A stretch of 64,000 nt of DNA, taken from the NCBI RefSeq assembly GCF_000315625.1, contig NW_005434665.1:198969-262968 (forward strand). Reading direction: 5' to 3'. This DNA comes from Guillardia theta CCMP2712. Taxonomy: Eukaryota > Protista > Cryptophyta. The position numbers and the translations under genes were made by a program. The notes under the pieces were generated by a model. It searched no databases, was not told the origin of the DNA, and was given only the letters and a program-made list of their open reading frames with translations. Shown here piece by piece: positions 9,715 to 21,500 of the stretch. How positions within the stretch are numbered: the stretch's first letter is position 1; each line of letters starts with the position of its first letter.

Positions 9715-12274
9715 ATGGATCGACCAGGGACGGTCAAGCGCGGTAAGCAATGGAGGAGGCAGGGAAGGGAAAGAGCGAGTGGGGAGGAGGAGAGGGGAGA
9801 GGATGAATTGGAAGGAACCGAACGGGTAGATCAGGGTGGCAAAGCTCTAAAATGGATCCGGAGAAGGGGAAGGAAATGTGCAGAAAGAAGAATGAATTTG
9901 GAAATGTGAATAAGAGTAGAACAAAGAATGTCGGTAAATGATGCATGAAAAGGAAGAGGAGAGGGATAGAAGGAGAATGGTTGGACAGAGTAGACAGGTG
10001 GTGATGATTTGTCGGAGAGTGGACCCAACAGGGGTTGGCCTGAAACGAGTGGCAGGACCGCCGCTTGCTCCTTCGGCAGGGTTTGGTATGCAGCCTGGCT
10101 TGATGGGTCCGCCTGGAACTGTCATGAGGCCTCCAACTGGGGCGCGATTGGGAACGAGCATGAGGATGGGTACAGCCATGCGGCCTGGATCCAGAGCTGG
10201 TTTGGGTCCACTCAATACAAACATCCAAGTAGCAGAACGGCCCGTCACGCAGCAAGGCATGATGGGCATGAAGGCAACAGTGCAGGGACCAGGCCGACAG
10301 ATCGCTGACAAGACCTACTACATGGGTGAGCTGCGGAAGAAGTGCGACGAGATGCAGTCTGAGATCAGAAAGATGAACACCGAGGTGGAGCAGTACAACA
10401 AAGACAACCAAATGTACAACCAGATGGAACGGAAGTATGAAGTTCTCATCAAGGACGTGCGGAAGCTGCAAGGAGACCTGGCAGACTTGAACCTCATTGT
10501 TGACAAGTCGCGCAACAACACCGACCCACAAGACATAGCCAACGCGTTTCAGGCCCTGAAGGGAAAGAACGATGCAGATCGAAAGAGGGTGGATTACCTT
10601 TTCCTAGAGTGTCAAGCGAAGGAGAATGAAATTCGTAGCATCGAGCAGCAATGTTCTGAATTCCAGAAAAAGGCGGAGGAGAAGCTGAACTCGCTCCCTG
10701 CCGAGCAGCGGATGCAGTACGCACAACTCCAAGATGACTACAAGAGGCTCCTTGCAGATGTGGAGCAGAAGCAGTTGACATACGACAATCTCTGCAGACA
10801 GCTGTCGGCAGGCGAGGAAGCGCTGATGGCTGAACCGCTGAAGCAGAGATTGAACTCGATCCAGGAACAGAAACTCAAACAGTTGGAACAGAAGCGGAAC
10901 CTTGAAGCAGAGCTGAACAAGCCGGTGATGAGTGAGGAGGAGGAGAGGGAGATGTTGCTATCACAAGTCAAAGAAGACAACAAACAGATCAAAATCACAG
11001 AGCGAAACATGGAGGAGATCAACTCGCGAGTAAGGCAAGTGCATCAGGACCTTGAGGAGCTCGAGAAGGGTGGGGGAGTGGTGAGTGATGGCTGAAACTT
11101 TGATGTTGAACTCACTCGTTGAGCAGAAAGAGTCGGAGGATGCAAAGAAATATCAGAAGTTGCGTGAGAAGGACCAGGAGATGACGGAATTCATAGAGAA
11201 TTTCGATCAAAAACATTCAAAGGAGTTGACGACAGTCAAGGAGATTGAGACGAGAATTTTCAAACTTCTTGAACATATCAGTAAGGACCTTCAGCGCCAG
11301 CAGCAGCTCCCGAGCAAGGAGAACTTTCAGGACCTGCAGGATGAAGTTGCCGTGAAGCAAAGAGGGTTGGAAAACTCTCAGTCAACAGCAGAGAGATTAA
11401 GGCAGGAGAAGAAAAATCGTGATGCGGAGCTTGAGAAGATTGTTAATTTGGTGAGCTTTCCTCTGTTAGATTTGTGTTGATGGTCCTGCTGAACTTTTTT
11501 GTCGTTCAGGATCAGAAAATCAACGTCGAGCTGACGTCCCTGAGAGAGAAGAGCGAGCAGATGAAGCAAGAGCTCGAAGTCTTCAGCGACATGAACAAGC
11601 TCAAGAAGGTACTGGCAACCTCCTCTTTCCCTTCTACTTTCTTCGCTCTTGACCTCCTTTCTACGCTCCTTCTCTCTCCCATTTCTCTTCCTCTTCATTC
11701 CAAGTTTCACGCCTGACACCCTCCGACAGGATGCTGAGTCCAACAGGGTGGCAATGACCGCAAAGAAAGCCCAGCTTGACTCCAGGAGAAAGGCGCTGAA
11801 GCAGCAGGTGCCCTCCTTGTTCCATCTCCTCGTCCCCTCTTGGTCACTCGCTGGCTTCAGGTTCAGCTCCTCTCCACCGACTTCGACAAGTGCAAGCAGG
11901 ACCTTGCGACCAACGAGTTCGCAGGTGAGGAGGAGGGGAAGAGGAAGGAGGAGGGCGAGGAGGGAGGCAAATAGCATGCTTGAGTTGATCCTCCTTGTTA
12001 GGCTCGCTCGAGGCTGCTGAGCAGAAGCTGCGTCACTACGAGCAGAACATTTTCCATCTCCGCGAATGTAAAGAAAATGATCTCAGGCTAGTCTCGTGAC
12101 TAACTGCCTGCAGTCATCGACAGCAAGGAGGCGGAGACAGATTATGCTTCTGTGTACGAGGAGGTAGCGACGACCCTCCGCCCCCTCCTCTTGCTGACAT
12201 TCGACGTCCAGGTCAGCTCGCAGGTGGCAGAGATCAACACCATCCTCCAGGCGAAGCACTTGACCCCCTTCTGA
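9715..12274 (+). CDS. IFT74: Intraflagellar transport protein 74/72
   Basis: MDRPGT start, GPPGT..MGTAMRPGSR basic N-terminus, QVAERPVTQQGMMGMK..GRQIADKTYYMGELR, then a long coiled coil. Multi-exon. Confidence 0.93.
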
Positions 12275-12294
12275 GGAGGAGGAAGAGGAGAAAG

Positions 12295-15200
12295 TTATTC
12301 ATCGTCGTCCTCTCCTTTCGGCTTATCATCGGCCTCTTCCTCTTCCGGGGGAGAAACCGAAGCCTGCGAGGAGCAAACTTGTAAAGAAAGTGAAAGACAA
12401 ACAGGCATGAACGACCTTGTTGATGTCATCCCGCTTGAACACACGCATCCTTATCTGCTGCAAGGAGCTCATTCTCCTTCACTCCCGTCAGTGTCTCAGG
12501 CGGGTACGTCGGCCTGCGTCACCTGGGAGCCATCAACGCGCTCCTGATGTCCATGCCGTAGATGGTGATGCTGCCACGAGGATGAGAGTAGAAGGAGCGA
12601 CGAGGAGGGCATGGGAGAAGAGGAGGGGAGGAATCTTACACAGCAGTGAAGTTTTGAACTTGATGCTTGTCAGTGATGAGATGCGTGTATACATTCATGT
12701 CATGCTCCTCCTCTCGCTTGGAGTACCTGCCTGACTGTCACTTGCCTCTCCTCATCATCATCCTCCTTTCCTCCAGGGCGAAGACATCTCCAGGAAGCGA
12801 GAAATCCCCTGCTGTGCTGCAGGAACATCGATGTGCACGAAAGGACTAAAATGAGCAGTCACATGAGAGCGAAGTCGGAGCAGGTAAAGGTGACAACAAA
12901 CAAGGAAGGGAGCGAGGAGGGCGGAGCGAGGAGGGCGGAAGAGGTCAGGAAGACGAGAAGGGAGGCTAGGAAAGCAGGAAGGGGGAGAGACGAGGAGAGG
13001 GGGAGCAAGAGGAGGAGCAAGAGGAGGAGGAGAAGAGGGTGACGAGGGGGAGAGGATACCGTAGCCCGGAAGTGACGTTCTGTCTCTCCATCTCGTGAAG
13101 GAGGATGAGCGCATCTCCTCCTGGGTAATTCTTGGAAGCCACCCGGGTGAAGCCAAAAGTGGCGCTGACGTTGAGCACGATCATAGTGACAGCAGCTCGG
13201 AAGAAAAACTTGGGAGATCGCAGCTTGTCCATCATGCTCTTTCCGTCCCCTCTGGCAAGATTCTTAGCTCCTCTTCCCCTGTCTCCACTGTATCCTCCCG
13301 TCCTCCCTGCCCCCCTGCCCCACTGCCCCCCTGCCCCCCTGCGGTGTCTCGTAGCTCCCCTGGCCTCCTCCTTCACCTCTCTTTGTTCCTATTGAGGTAG
13401 AGACGAGCAAGCTCCATAGCAACGACGCAGTTGAAGATGGGCAGGGCGTAGATGATGAAGCGAAGCTCCTGAAGTCAGAAAGATCAGTCAAGAGTTGCAA
13501 GGGGAGCAGGAACCGCGCGAAAGAGACAGAAAGTGGTAAAAAATGACCCGATCGCAAGATTGCTCGGAGAGCGGCTGATGGCAACAATCAAGACAAGATC
13601 ACCTTGTGGGGTAGGAAGGAATACAGGCAGATGAAAGCAAGAACAGGAAAGAAGAATGGCCGCATCCTCTCTGTGTATATCAATCCTCCTGCTCCATCGT
13701 CACGACTGCCTCCCCAGCTCAGCCTCACCAGGAAGCAGAAAGAGAGTTCCCATCATGGATCGTGGGAGAGCACTAGAGAAGTACCAATGCCTGACAAAAA
13801 GTCAGGAAGAGAGTGAAGGAGTGGAGAAAGATGAACAAAGAAAACTATGAGAGAGGAGAGGAGAGGAGAGGAGAGGAGAGGAGAGGAGAGGAGAGGAGAG
13901 GAGAAGACAGAACAAATGATTGAAATGAGGACGGTAATGGTGAAGAGGAATCGGTAGTTGCACACAAGGGCTGAAAATTGTAGCAGGGGGACAAGAGTGA
14001 GAGTAGGGGGGGGGAGGGAGGAGAAGGGGGCAGAGGTCGGCGAGGCATACCAGGGCATGACCCCCCACTGCGAGCTCTTGTTGAGGATCGTGTTAAAGTA
14101 GAAAACTTCGCCTTCAGGCCATAGCCACCTCCTCCATAAGAGAGAATCGAACTGGAGAACTCAGTCAGCCTCCACGATGGCAACCAATGAGTTCTACCGC
14201 GATCGTCAGGCCCAGTGACAAGATTGCGCTGATGGCAGCTGTTGCAACTACCTTGATGACGGCAGAGAGACTTGAAAATTTCCTGCAGGAGAGCTCGAGT
14301 GAGAGAAGGAGAGGATAGAGGTAAGTATGACCTCAACACTACGAGCGAGACGAAGATTGGAGCAGCCAGCACAACCAACTCTGATCGGAAGACGATGGCA
14401 GCGAACGCGAGAATTGAGAAGAGAACCTCGTATTGCTCCTGATGTCTTCATATCAGCTTCTCTTGTAGCAGAATCAAACAAGTCTTCTCACCTTGAGCCA
14501 GGACGCAAAAGCAAGGTTGACAAAGATGGAGGCATACGTGTTGGGCAGAGGTCGGCTGCAGTAGAACAAGAGATGGAACTGATACACGAATCAGAAAAGA
14601 TGCCTACATGTATCGGAGGGCAACCTGGATCGAGCAAACAACGGCAAAGCAAGCTGAAACGATCTTCCCGAACTGTCAAGGGAACGTGAGATCAAGGCAC
14701 AACAAGGCACAACGTCATCAGCTCCCACCTTCTTCTCTACTTGAAAGCGAAAAGTCGCCAGACTGTACACAGACAGCGCTGCCAGGACCATGCGGCAGAC
14801 AAACAGGCTGATGACTCGCGGCGCGTAGATAGACTCGAACAAGAGGCTTGCGACTCCTTCAGACGCTGCACCGACAGGGAACGTTCCTCACCAGATCGGC
14901 GACGCCAAGATCGCGTTGATGAAAGCGCCTATGAAAGTTCTGGGCACCACTCCCTACACACGCGATCAAGACACGCCAAACATGACGCTGCAATCTCACA
15001 GGGAACTGAAAGTGGTCGTAGCGATCCAAGTTTTGCCGCTCGAAGATCATATCGTGCATGGCCTGACGCGCCTTAGATCCCAGCAGCTTCATGGCATCGG
15101 GAACTCACCTGGACATTGAAAGATTCCTCTACCTTTGTGAAAGGGCTCATGTAGATTTGTAACACTGCGAGCTGGATCAGATAACGAGCTTACAAGCAAG

Positions 15201-15295
15201 GGCAACTCACATGCAACGAAGAAAACAATCCAATCCCATTCGTCGGGCTCTGGGAACAAGCCGAACAGAACAGACCTCGACTGCTCTTTCGACAT
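12295..15295 (-). CDS. ALG12: Dol-P-Man alpha-1,6-mannosyltransferase (GT22)
   Basis: [24 protein letters not shown] | [24 protein letters not shown]-like segment, [23 protein letters not shown]. Many short introns. Confidence 0.88.
13848..13903. repeat. (GAGAG)n pentanucleotide repeat in an ALG12 intron
   Basis: Directly visible tandem repeat. Confidence 0.9.
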
Positions 15296-15469
15296 CTGGA
15301 CAGCAGCAAGGAAGAGATCAAAATCTTCCTCTTTCTTGTCCGCGCTAACTCACCGTCATCCCCTTCCCTTCTCTCAGCTCCTTGATCTGCTTCTTCGTCT
15401 CTTCATCGATGCCGCCCCCAAGGCTATCCCAAACAAGATCAGCCACATGCAACTTAGTTGTTGTGACTT

Positions 15470-16450
15470 CTCTCACTCCTCGTCCTCGTCCTCGTCCTCG
15501 TCATCTTCGTCACTGTCGACAAAATAATCGAAATCTTTGCGCTCCTGCAAGCCCGGGCCACGTCATCAGAAGCTGGGTTGAGTGAGAGAAGCAGCTGACC
15601 TGCGCAGGCTTCGGAATGTGTAGTTTCTGCAGCGACTTCCAAGTTTCTCCCTGGTGCAGCTTTCGGATCTTGAGCCGGAGAGATCGGGGGAGCAATCGAG
15701 CTTCAGTTGCTCCTGCCTGTTGAAGGACCAGACTGGTTACACGACAACCTTGGTTTCACCCATCTTTCTCATCATCATCAAGGGTTTCTCGCTGTCATCT
15801 GACTCTACCATTCTTGCTGTACTCTCCATGTCATTTCACCTTGATTTCTCCGTAAAGATCCAAAATCAACTTGAAATCTCCCTTCTTAGGAACAGTCCCT
15901 TGTACTTCGACCTTGCCTGTACAAACACGCACAGGTCTTTCAATCAATCCGAAGGAATCCTTGCATGCTCTTGTAATGTTGTGCACCTTCGGCAGAAACT
16001 GAGTGTGACTTGATGCATTCCTCGTTGACCTCGACTGTTCGAGTTCAAGCATCAGCCGACAGTAACGTGCGAGGGAACGAAAGAAAAGTACCGGTGATTA
16101 TCACGTCTAGATCTGTCTGACCCCACTTGTAGATGGGGCAAAAGGATGAAGCATCCATGCTGTGTCGATGTTAGCTCAATATCTCATTCACATCAGCAAA
16201 GTTCCGACCTCGTCCCTTCTAGTTCACGCTGATATCAGAAAAAAATATTGCAAGTGTCACGAATTTTGCTGATGGTGTGAAGGCTGTCTCCTCGTTACAA
16301 TCCAGACATTTTCCTGCAGGCCATGGAGTGACTTCCAGGTGTGAGCTAGCATGTCATGATCAGCATGAAATCTTCCTGTCTATGATAAACTTCTCTACGT
16401 AAATATTTTGTTTCATTCCGAAAATGATTCGACTTCAATGGAGATTTTGT
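15470..16450 (-). CDS. Hypothetical spliced protein with acidic C-terminus
   Basis: Fragmentary exon-like ORFs (KVEVQGTVPKKGDFK; MESTARMVESDDSEKPLMM; ..EDDEDEDEDEE). No family recognised and boundaries are rough. Confidence 0.35.
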
Positions 16451-17045
16451 ATATTGCATTTCATACCTTGCTACGAGATATTGTATGTTCACAGGATTCT
16501 TTTCATTGTTAATCCATTACCAGAACCTCTCCCTCCCCCTCCCTCTCCTGCTCTTGTACACATCGCCGCTACCCGTCCCTCCTTCTAAGGGTGATCCGCA
16601 AAGGCCTTCACAAATACATTTTTTGGGTGTGGGTATGTCTTCATATGTATTTTAAAAATCTAGGTTCTATTTTATGAAAGATGAGATAAAATTTCATGAT
16701 CTTGTGTATATTTGAGAAAAAGTATCCAACTCATGAAAATTTTTGGCGGATTCTTGGAAGTTTCTCTTTGCACAACCGGCCCGCCCCAGTTCAAAGAGGA
16801 GGGACAACCCCCCACATTCCTTCACCCCCCTATTGACCTGAATATCACGGGGAAAGTAGGGGGTGTATTTGCTGCATGCCGGTCCACCATTGACCAGGAA
16901 CGGAGCAAGCAGAGGCAAGAAAAAGGGAGCGGAGAAAAGAAGAGGAGAAGAGGAAGAGAGGAGGAGAGAGCGATAGAGAGCAGAGATAGAGAAGACCAGG
17001 GTGTAAGAACTTTGGAACATATCATAGTTACATATCCGATCCTCA

Positions 17046-17758
17046 ATGACGTCGAGACAACCACCAAAGAAGAGAAAGATCGAGGAGAAAGAAGATATTA
17101 CAAACCTTTACTTCGGGGCCGATTTTGAGGATGCAGAAGCTATGCTTAATGCTGAAGTCAAGGTAATTTCTTATGAGGATATCTGCCATTGCAAGAATGT
17201 TGTCTTTCCTGCTGTTTCTTGTCAACTCTGTAGTGGGACGCTTTGTGTTTTTGAATTATCTGGTTCTGTTCTATATGATTTCTCTATGTATGTGTTTGTC
17301 CCTGTATCTCTAAAGTCTTGATGATTGAATTTTAGGTTATCATCGACAGCATCAATGAAGAAAAAGATTTGGAAATGTCAGATTGGTCTGAGTTGATGCA
17401 AAACACTACTTCAAATGTTTCCACCTTTGGAAGGTTCCAAGATAAAACATCTATCGCGACATGCAAGCAGTGAGTGTATCTTTGAGCTTCATCGCGGAGT
17501 TGTCTGAAACTTATATCTTGGTAAAACTCAGGGAGCTGGTGGATCTGGGATGCCACACCTTCGAAGCAGCTTGCTTCGGAAACCTGCAGCCTGCCAACGC
17601 TGATGAGGCGAAGCGTCTCATCCCGTAAGCTGCTGCTCATGCTGGTCTCCGGCTCTGACGCTGCTCGTGCCTCTAGTTCTCTCACTCGCTTCACCGACGA
17701 TGCCGTCGAGATGATGTGCCAATGCGTTCAGCGGGTCAAAGACGTTCATGACAACTGA
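17046..17758 (+). CDS. RPB4: RNA polymerase II subunit RPB4
   Basis: EDITNLYFGADFEDAEAMLNAEVK, FGRFQD, HTFEAACFGNLQPANADEAKRLIPSL. Four exons. Confidence 0.88.
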
Positions 17759-18522
17759 AGAATGCATGGAAAACAACTGACTCCTCTTCGACTTCGGCTT
17801 GGTGGCGAGACAGCTCTCTCGATTTCATCTCACTGTTTAGTACGAAGATGATGGACTATGTGAAAGAGAACACGATGTTGTTGCGAAAGATGTTTATTCA
17901 TGGCTGTCCTGGTGTTAGCTGCAGTTGTACGCTCGATCACCTTTTCAACCTTTTAAATCCCGTTGAATTCAATGTATGGCATTCAGACAACAAGGCAACC
18001 TTACTTGACTGACGTCTAAAGAGAACGAAGTTGTTTGTGCTCCTCAGAGTAAGGTCCATAGCACACGGGTGTAATGGCACTGGTGAAGAGGGGTCCGTCC
18101 TTATGATCGGACTCGAGTCTTGAGCTCGTTTCCTTCCGAACCACCAGCCCTCTCTGAGCGCCCGCCGAGGCTCTTCATGGGCGCTGGCCCAGTTAACACT
18201 GGCCGGGCAGGCTGGCGACTCGCGGCAGGCCCGGGACTTCCAGGCCCGGAAGTTCTTTTCAGGGCAACTAGGGACCTCCTGGCTCTAACGGCTCGTCCTT
18301 CTGCCTGCCTGACCATACTAGTTCTACCCCCGTTGCTGCCTGACCTGCCTCTCGTTGCTTGTGCCTCCCTCTCATATCAGCGTGGGCATGCCTCGTCCTC
18401 CGCCTTGCTTGCGCCCTTGTTGCCCCCCCGCCTCTTGCGAACGCTCTCAGCCATACACACACACGAGCCGGAGCAGATAATCTCGTGTGATCCTGACGCT
18501 CCAAGTTGCTGGTGAGCCTCGG

Positions 18523-21500
18523 ATGGCGGGGCAACCATGTGCGATACTGGTGGAGATAAAATCGGTCGAGAACTTGCCTAAGGTGAACAAGGGCCATGGC
18601 GGAGCGAATCCCTTTGTTGTGCTGGAAGTGCAGGACAGGGAAGGGCAGGCGGTGGTAGGAGGTATGAGGGAGATCAACTGCCTATCTTGCAAGACAAAGC
18701 CACTGAAGCGAATGCTGTCTGGTCACATTCAGGAATCGTTCAAGCTCAACGTGGACACGGAGATGGTGAGGAGAGGATACAGACTGTGTGTGCGGGTGAT
18801 GGACTGGCGACCTTCTCCTCAAGTTCACTTTGAGATCGGGAGCTCGGAGGTTCTGCTGGCAGATGTCGCGAGGATGGCGGGGGGCAGCTCGTCGACTCCC
18901 CTTGAGTTGAAGAGCAACGGAGAGCTTGTAAGCACGTACGGGAAGCACTTCAAGAAGGACGAGACCATCCGCGGTCACCACAACCCTGACGCGCCCTCCC
19001 TTGTCATGCTCAGCGTCGTCTTGACTACTCCAGCCTTCAAGAAGAGTGTCATTGTACCAGACGCCGATCAGCTGCAAGCCTGGGACTACTTTCTGCTCAG
19101 CCCTGACGAGCAGGTGACGTTGACCAGTATCCTCGTGGCTGCTCACGTTGTGTTCAGGTTGAGTACAGCAAGGACATGGTCAACAAGGAGAGAGAGCTCG
19201 TTGAGAAGGAGGCGAGAAGGAAGAAAGCCGAGAAGAAGATGTCAAAGAGAAATGAAAACGAGGAAAACACTGAAAAACTCCTTGGAATGATAAGGGTAAG
19301 ACAAAGATGAATCCCTCTCATCGTGTTTTACTTCAAGCAGGATCCCTCAAGCCATAGGATGAACTGGCAGCAGCTCAGATGTAGGTCAGCACTTGGACGC
19401 TTCGAGTCTCCTGACGCTCATGTAGCTGTGGTGAATGACGAGCTGCTGAAACGAGAATGGGGCTCGACCATGGACAAGTTTGATGGAGCAGGCGGGTGGA
19501 AAAGGAGGGATGGTGACTCAGCAATCACATGCTATCTGCTCGCATGAGTTCTGCTTCCTGCAGGCATCGGATCTGAAGAACGCATGGTTGAAGCTGAGAG
19601 GCTGCTGGTCCAGAAGCTCAATGGCTACAAGCTACGGGAGCAGCAAGAGACGGAAAGTATCCGCCATTTCGTTCAGGTGTCTGTCAAATCTCTGTTATGA
19701 TACTTTCTTAATGGGGATGAAGGTTCATAACAGCAAACACCTTCTGCACATCACAAATCACCTTCGGGAATACACAGATCCCGGAGGACAACTGTCGACA
19801 GAGAAATATCCTGGTGAACGAACGCGATATCTTACTAGAAGATCTTGACGCACTGGGTCACACAGGATCTAGAGCTTTGGGAGGGAGCCTCTCTCGCATT
19901 CTGCCCACTGCTGACATCTCCCGCAAGCACGTGCCTCACTTGTCATGGACCACTGGAAGGCCGAGGGCCAGCAAGCGCAAGCAGGGCAGCGAGGCAGCTG
20001 CTGTCCTGATGTCTCTCGATGGCTTCAGTCACTTCATCCACGCGCTCGCTGCGTCTGCTTCAAGATCCTCGCAGCTGAGCAAGGAGCACATCTTAGAAGA
20101 GCTCACGAGCAACAGCCGGCGATGGAGGCTGATAGAGATGTCTCAGGGGCTGTGGTTGAACGAGCACAAGAAGAAGCAGCTCGTGAAGATCAAATCCAAG
20201 ATGATGGTACTCCTCCTGCCACCAACTTGAACCTCCCTGATTGAACCTCGCAGAGCCGTGAATCGATTCTCCACCTTCGCCCCAAGACTTCTCAATCGGA
20301 CACGCGGAAGATTGAGTTGGTTGACATCTTGAAAGAGCGAGACTTGAACACACCCGAGCACGTGAGATGGAACATAACTCACTCCCTTCACAACATCTGC
20401 CGCACCAGCTCCTCCTCCTCCTCGATCAGCCATAAGTTCTCACACCTCGTTGAATTCTGCGATCAGGATGTCTGCAATCCGGCTGAGAGGAGCCGATTGC
20501 AGACACCGACGCGTTATCAGTCGAAGACGAGGATGTTCCTGACTGAGGGGTTGGAGGATGTTGCTCGACCATGGGATGTGCATAGAGTCAACGACATAGA
20601 CTTCTGTTCCCAGCCAGGAGCTGCCCAGGCTGAGCGGCTTCGTGTCAAGACCCGCATCAAGATCGTACGAGTACAGGGCGACGGGGAAGAGCCTGGAGGC
20701 AGAGGGCCTGGCCGAGTGCATCCAACTAGACCATTTGAGGAAGACGGACCGGCGCGTCAGGCTGGGAACAGCTGATCACCCCTACCGCCCTCCTGCTGAC
20801 CTGCACTGGCACTACACTCAGAAGCAGAACGCTGGGCTTAGAAGAAACGACCTGGACAACCTCCCGGACCTGCGAAGCTTGAGCTCCGGAGGAAGCGTGC
20901 TCTTGCATGACGTGAACGAGAACCCTCGACCAGACACAGCAGCTTCTGTTGTTCGATCCAAGCATGGCATTCCCGGCTGTTTGACGTTGCTGTCGCACAC
21001 AAGCAAGCACTCCTGGACAAGCTTTGAGGTCGAGTATGCTTCTTTCGGCAAGACAAAAGCGTTTGAAGGACGAGTCGTCTTGAAGAAGCCTCCTTCATCG
21101 CTGGATTCTGAGATGGAGGAGCCGCAAGTGCTGCAAGGGAATATCGCTCTCTTTGACGTTGAGCTGAAAACTTACTGCATGTTCAACGATCTCAGCATGC
21201 AGTGTGCTCGAAGTGCGCAGAGTGCTGGAGCCAAAGCGGTTGTCTTCGTCCAATCACAGGACGAGCTCTGTCTCGCGCAAGGAGGAGATCCAGACTTAGA
21301 GATCTCAATCGTAAGTTTGAGGCGAAGGGACGGCGATCAGATCTTGAAGGTTCTCGACGATCAGCTTGAAGCGGTTGAGGTACATATATCTGTCAGGCCA
21401 ACCCTAGAGCCCGGCAAAGAAGAGCAAGCCTCGCGTGACCTTCTGTCAGATGCGCATGCATCACAGCTATCAAGGTTCTGGCAGGATGTTTTTGAGCAAG

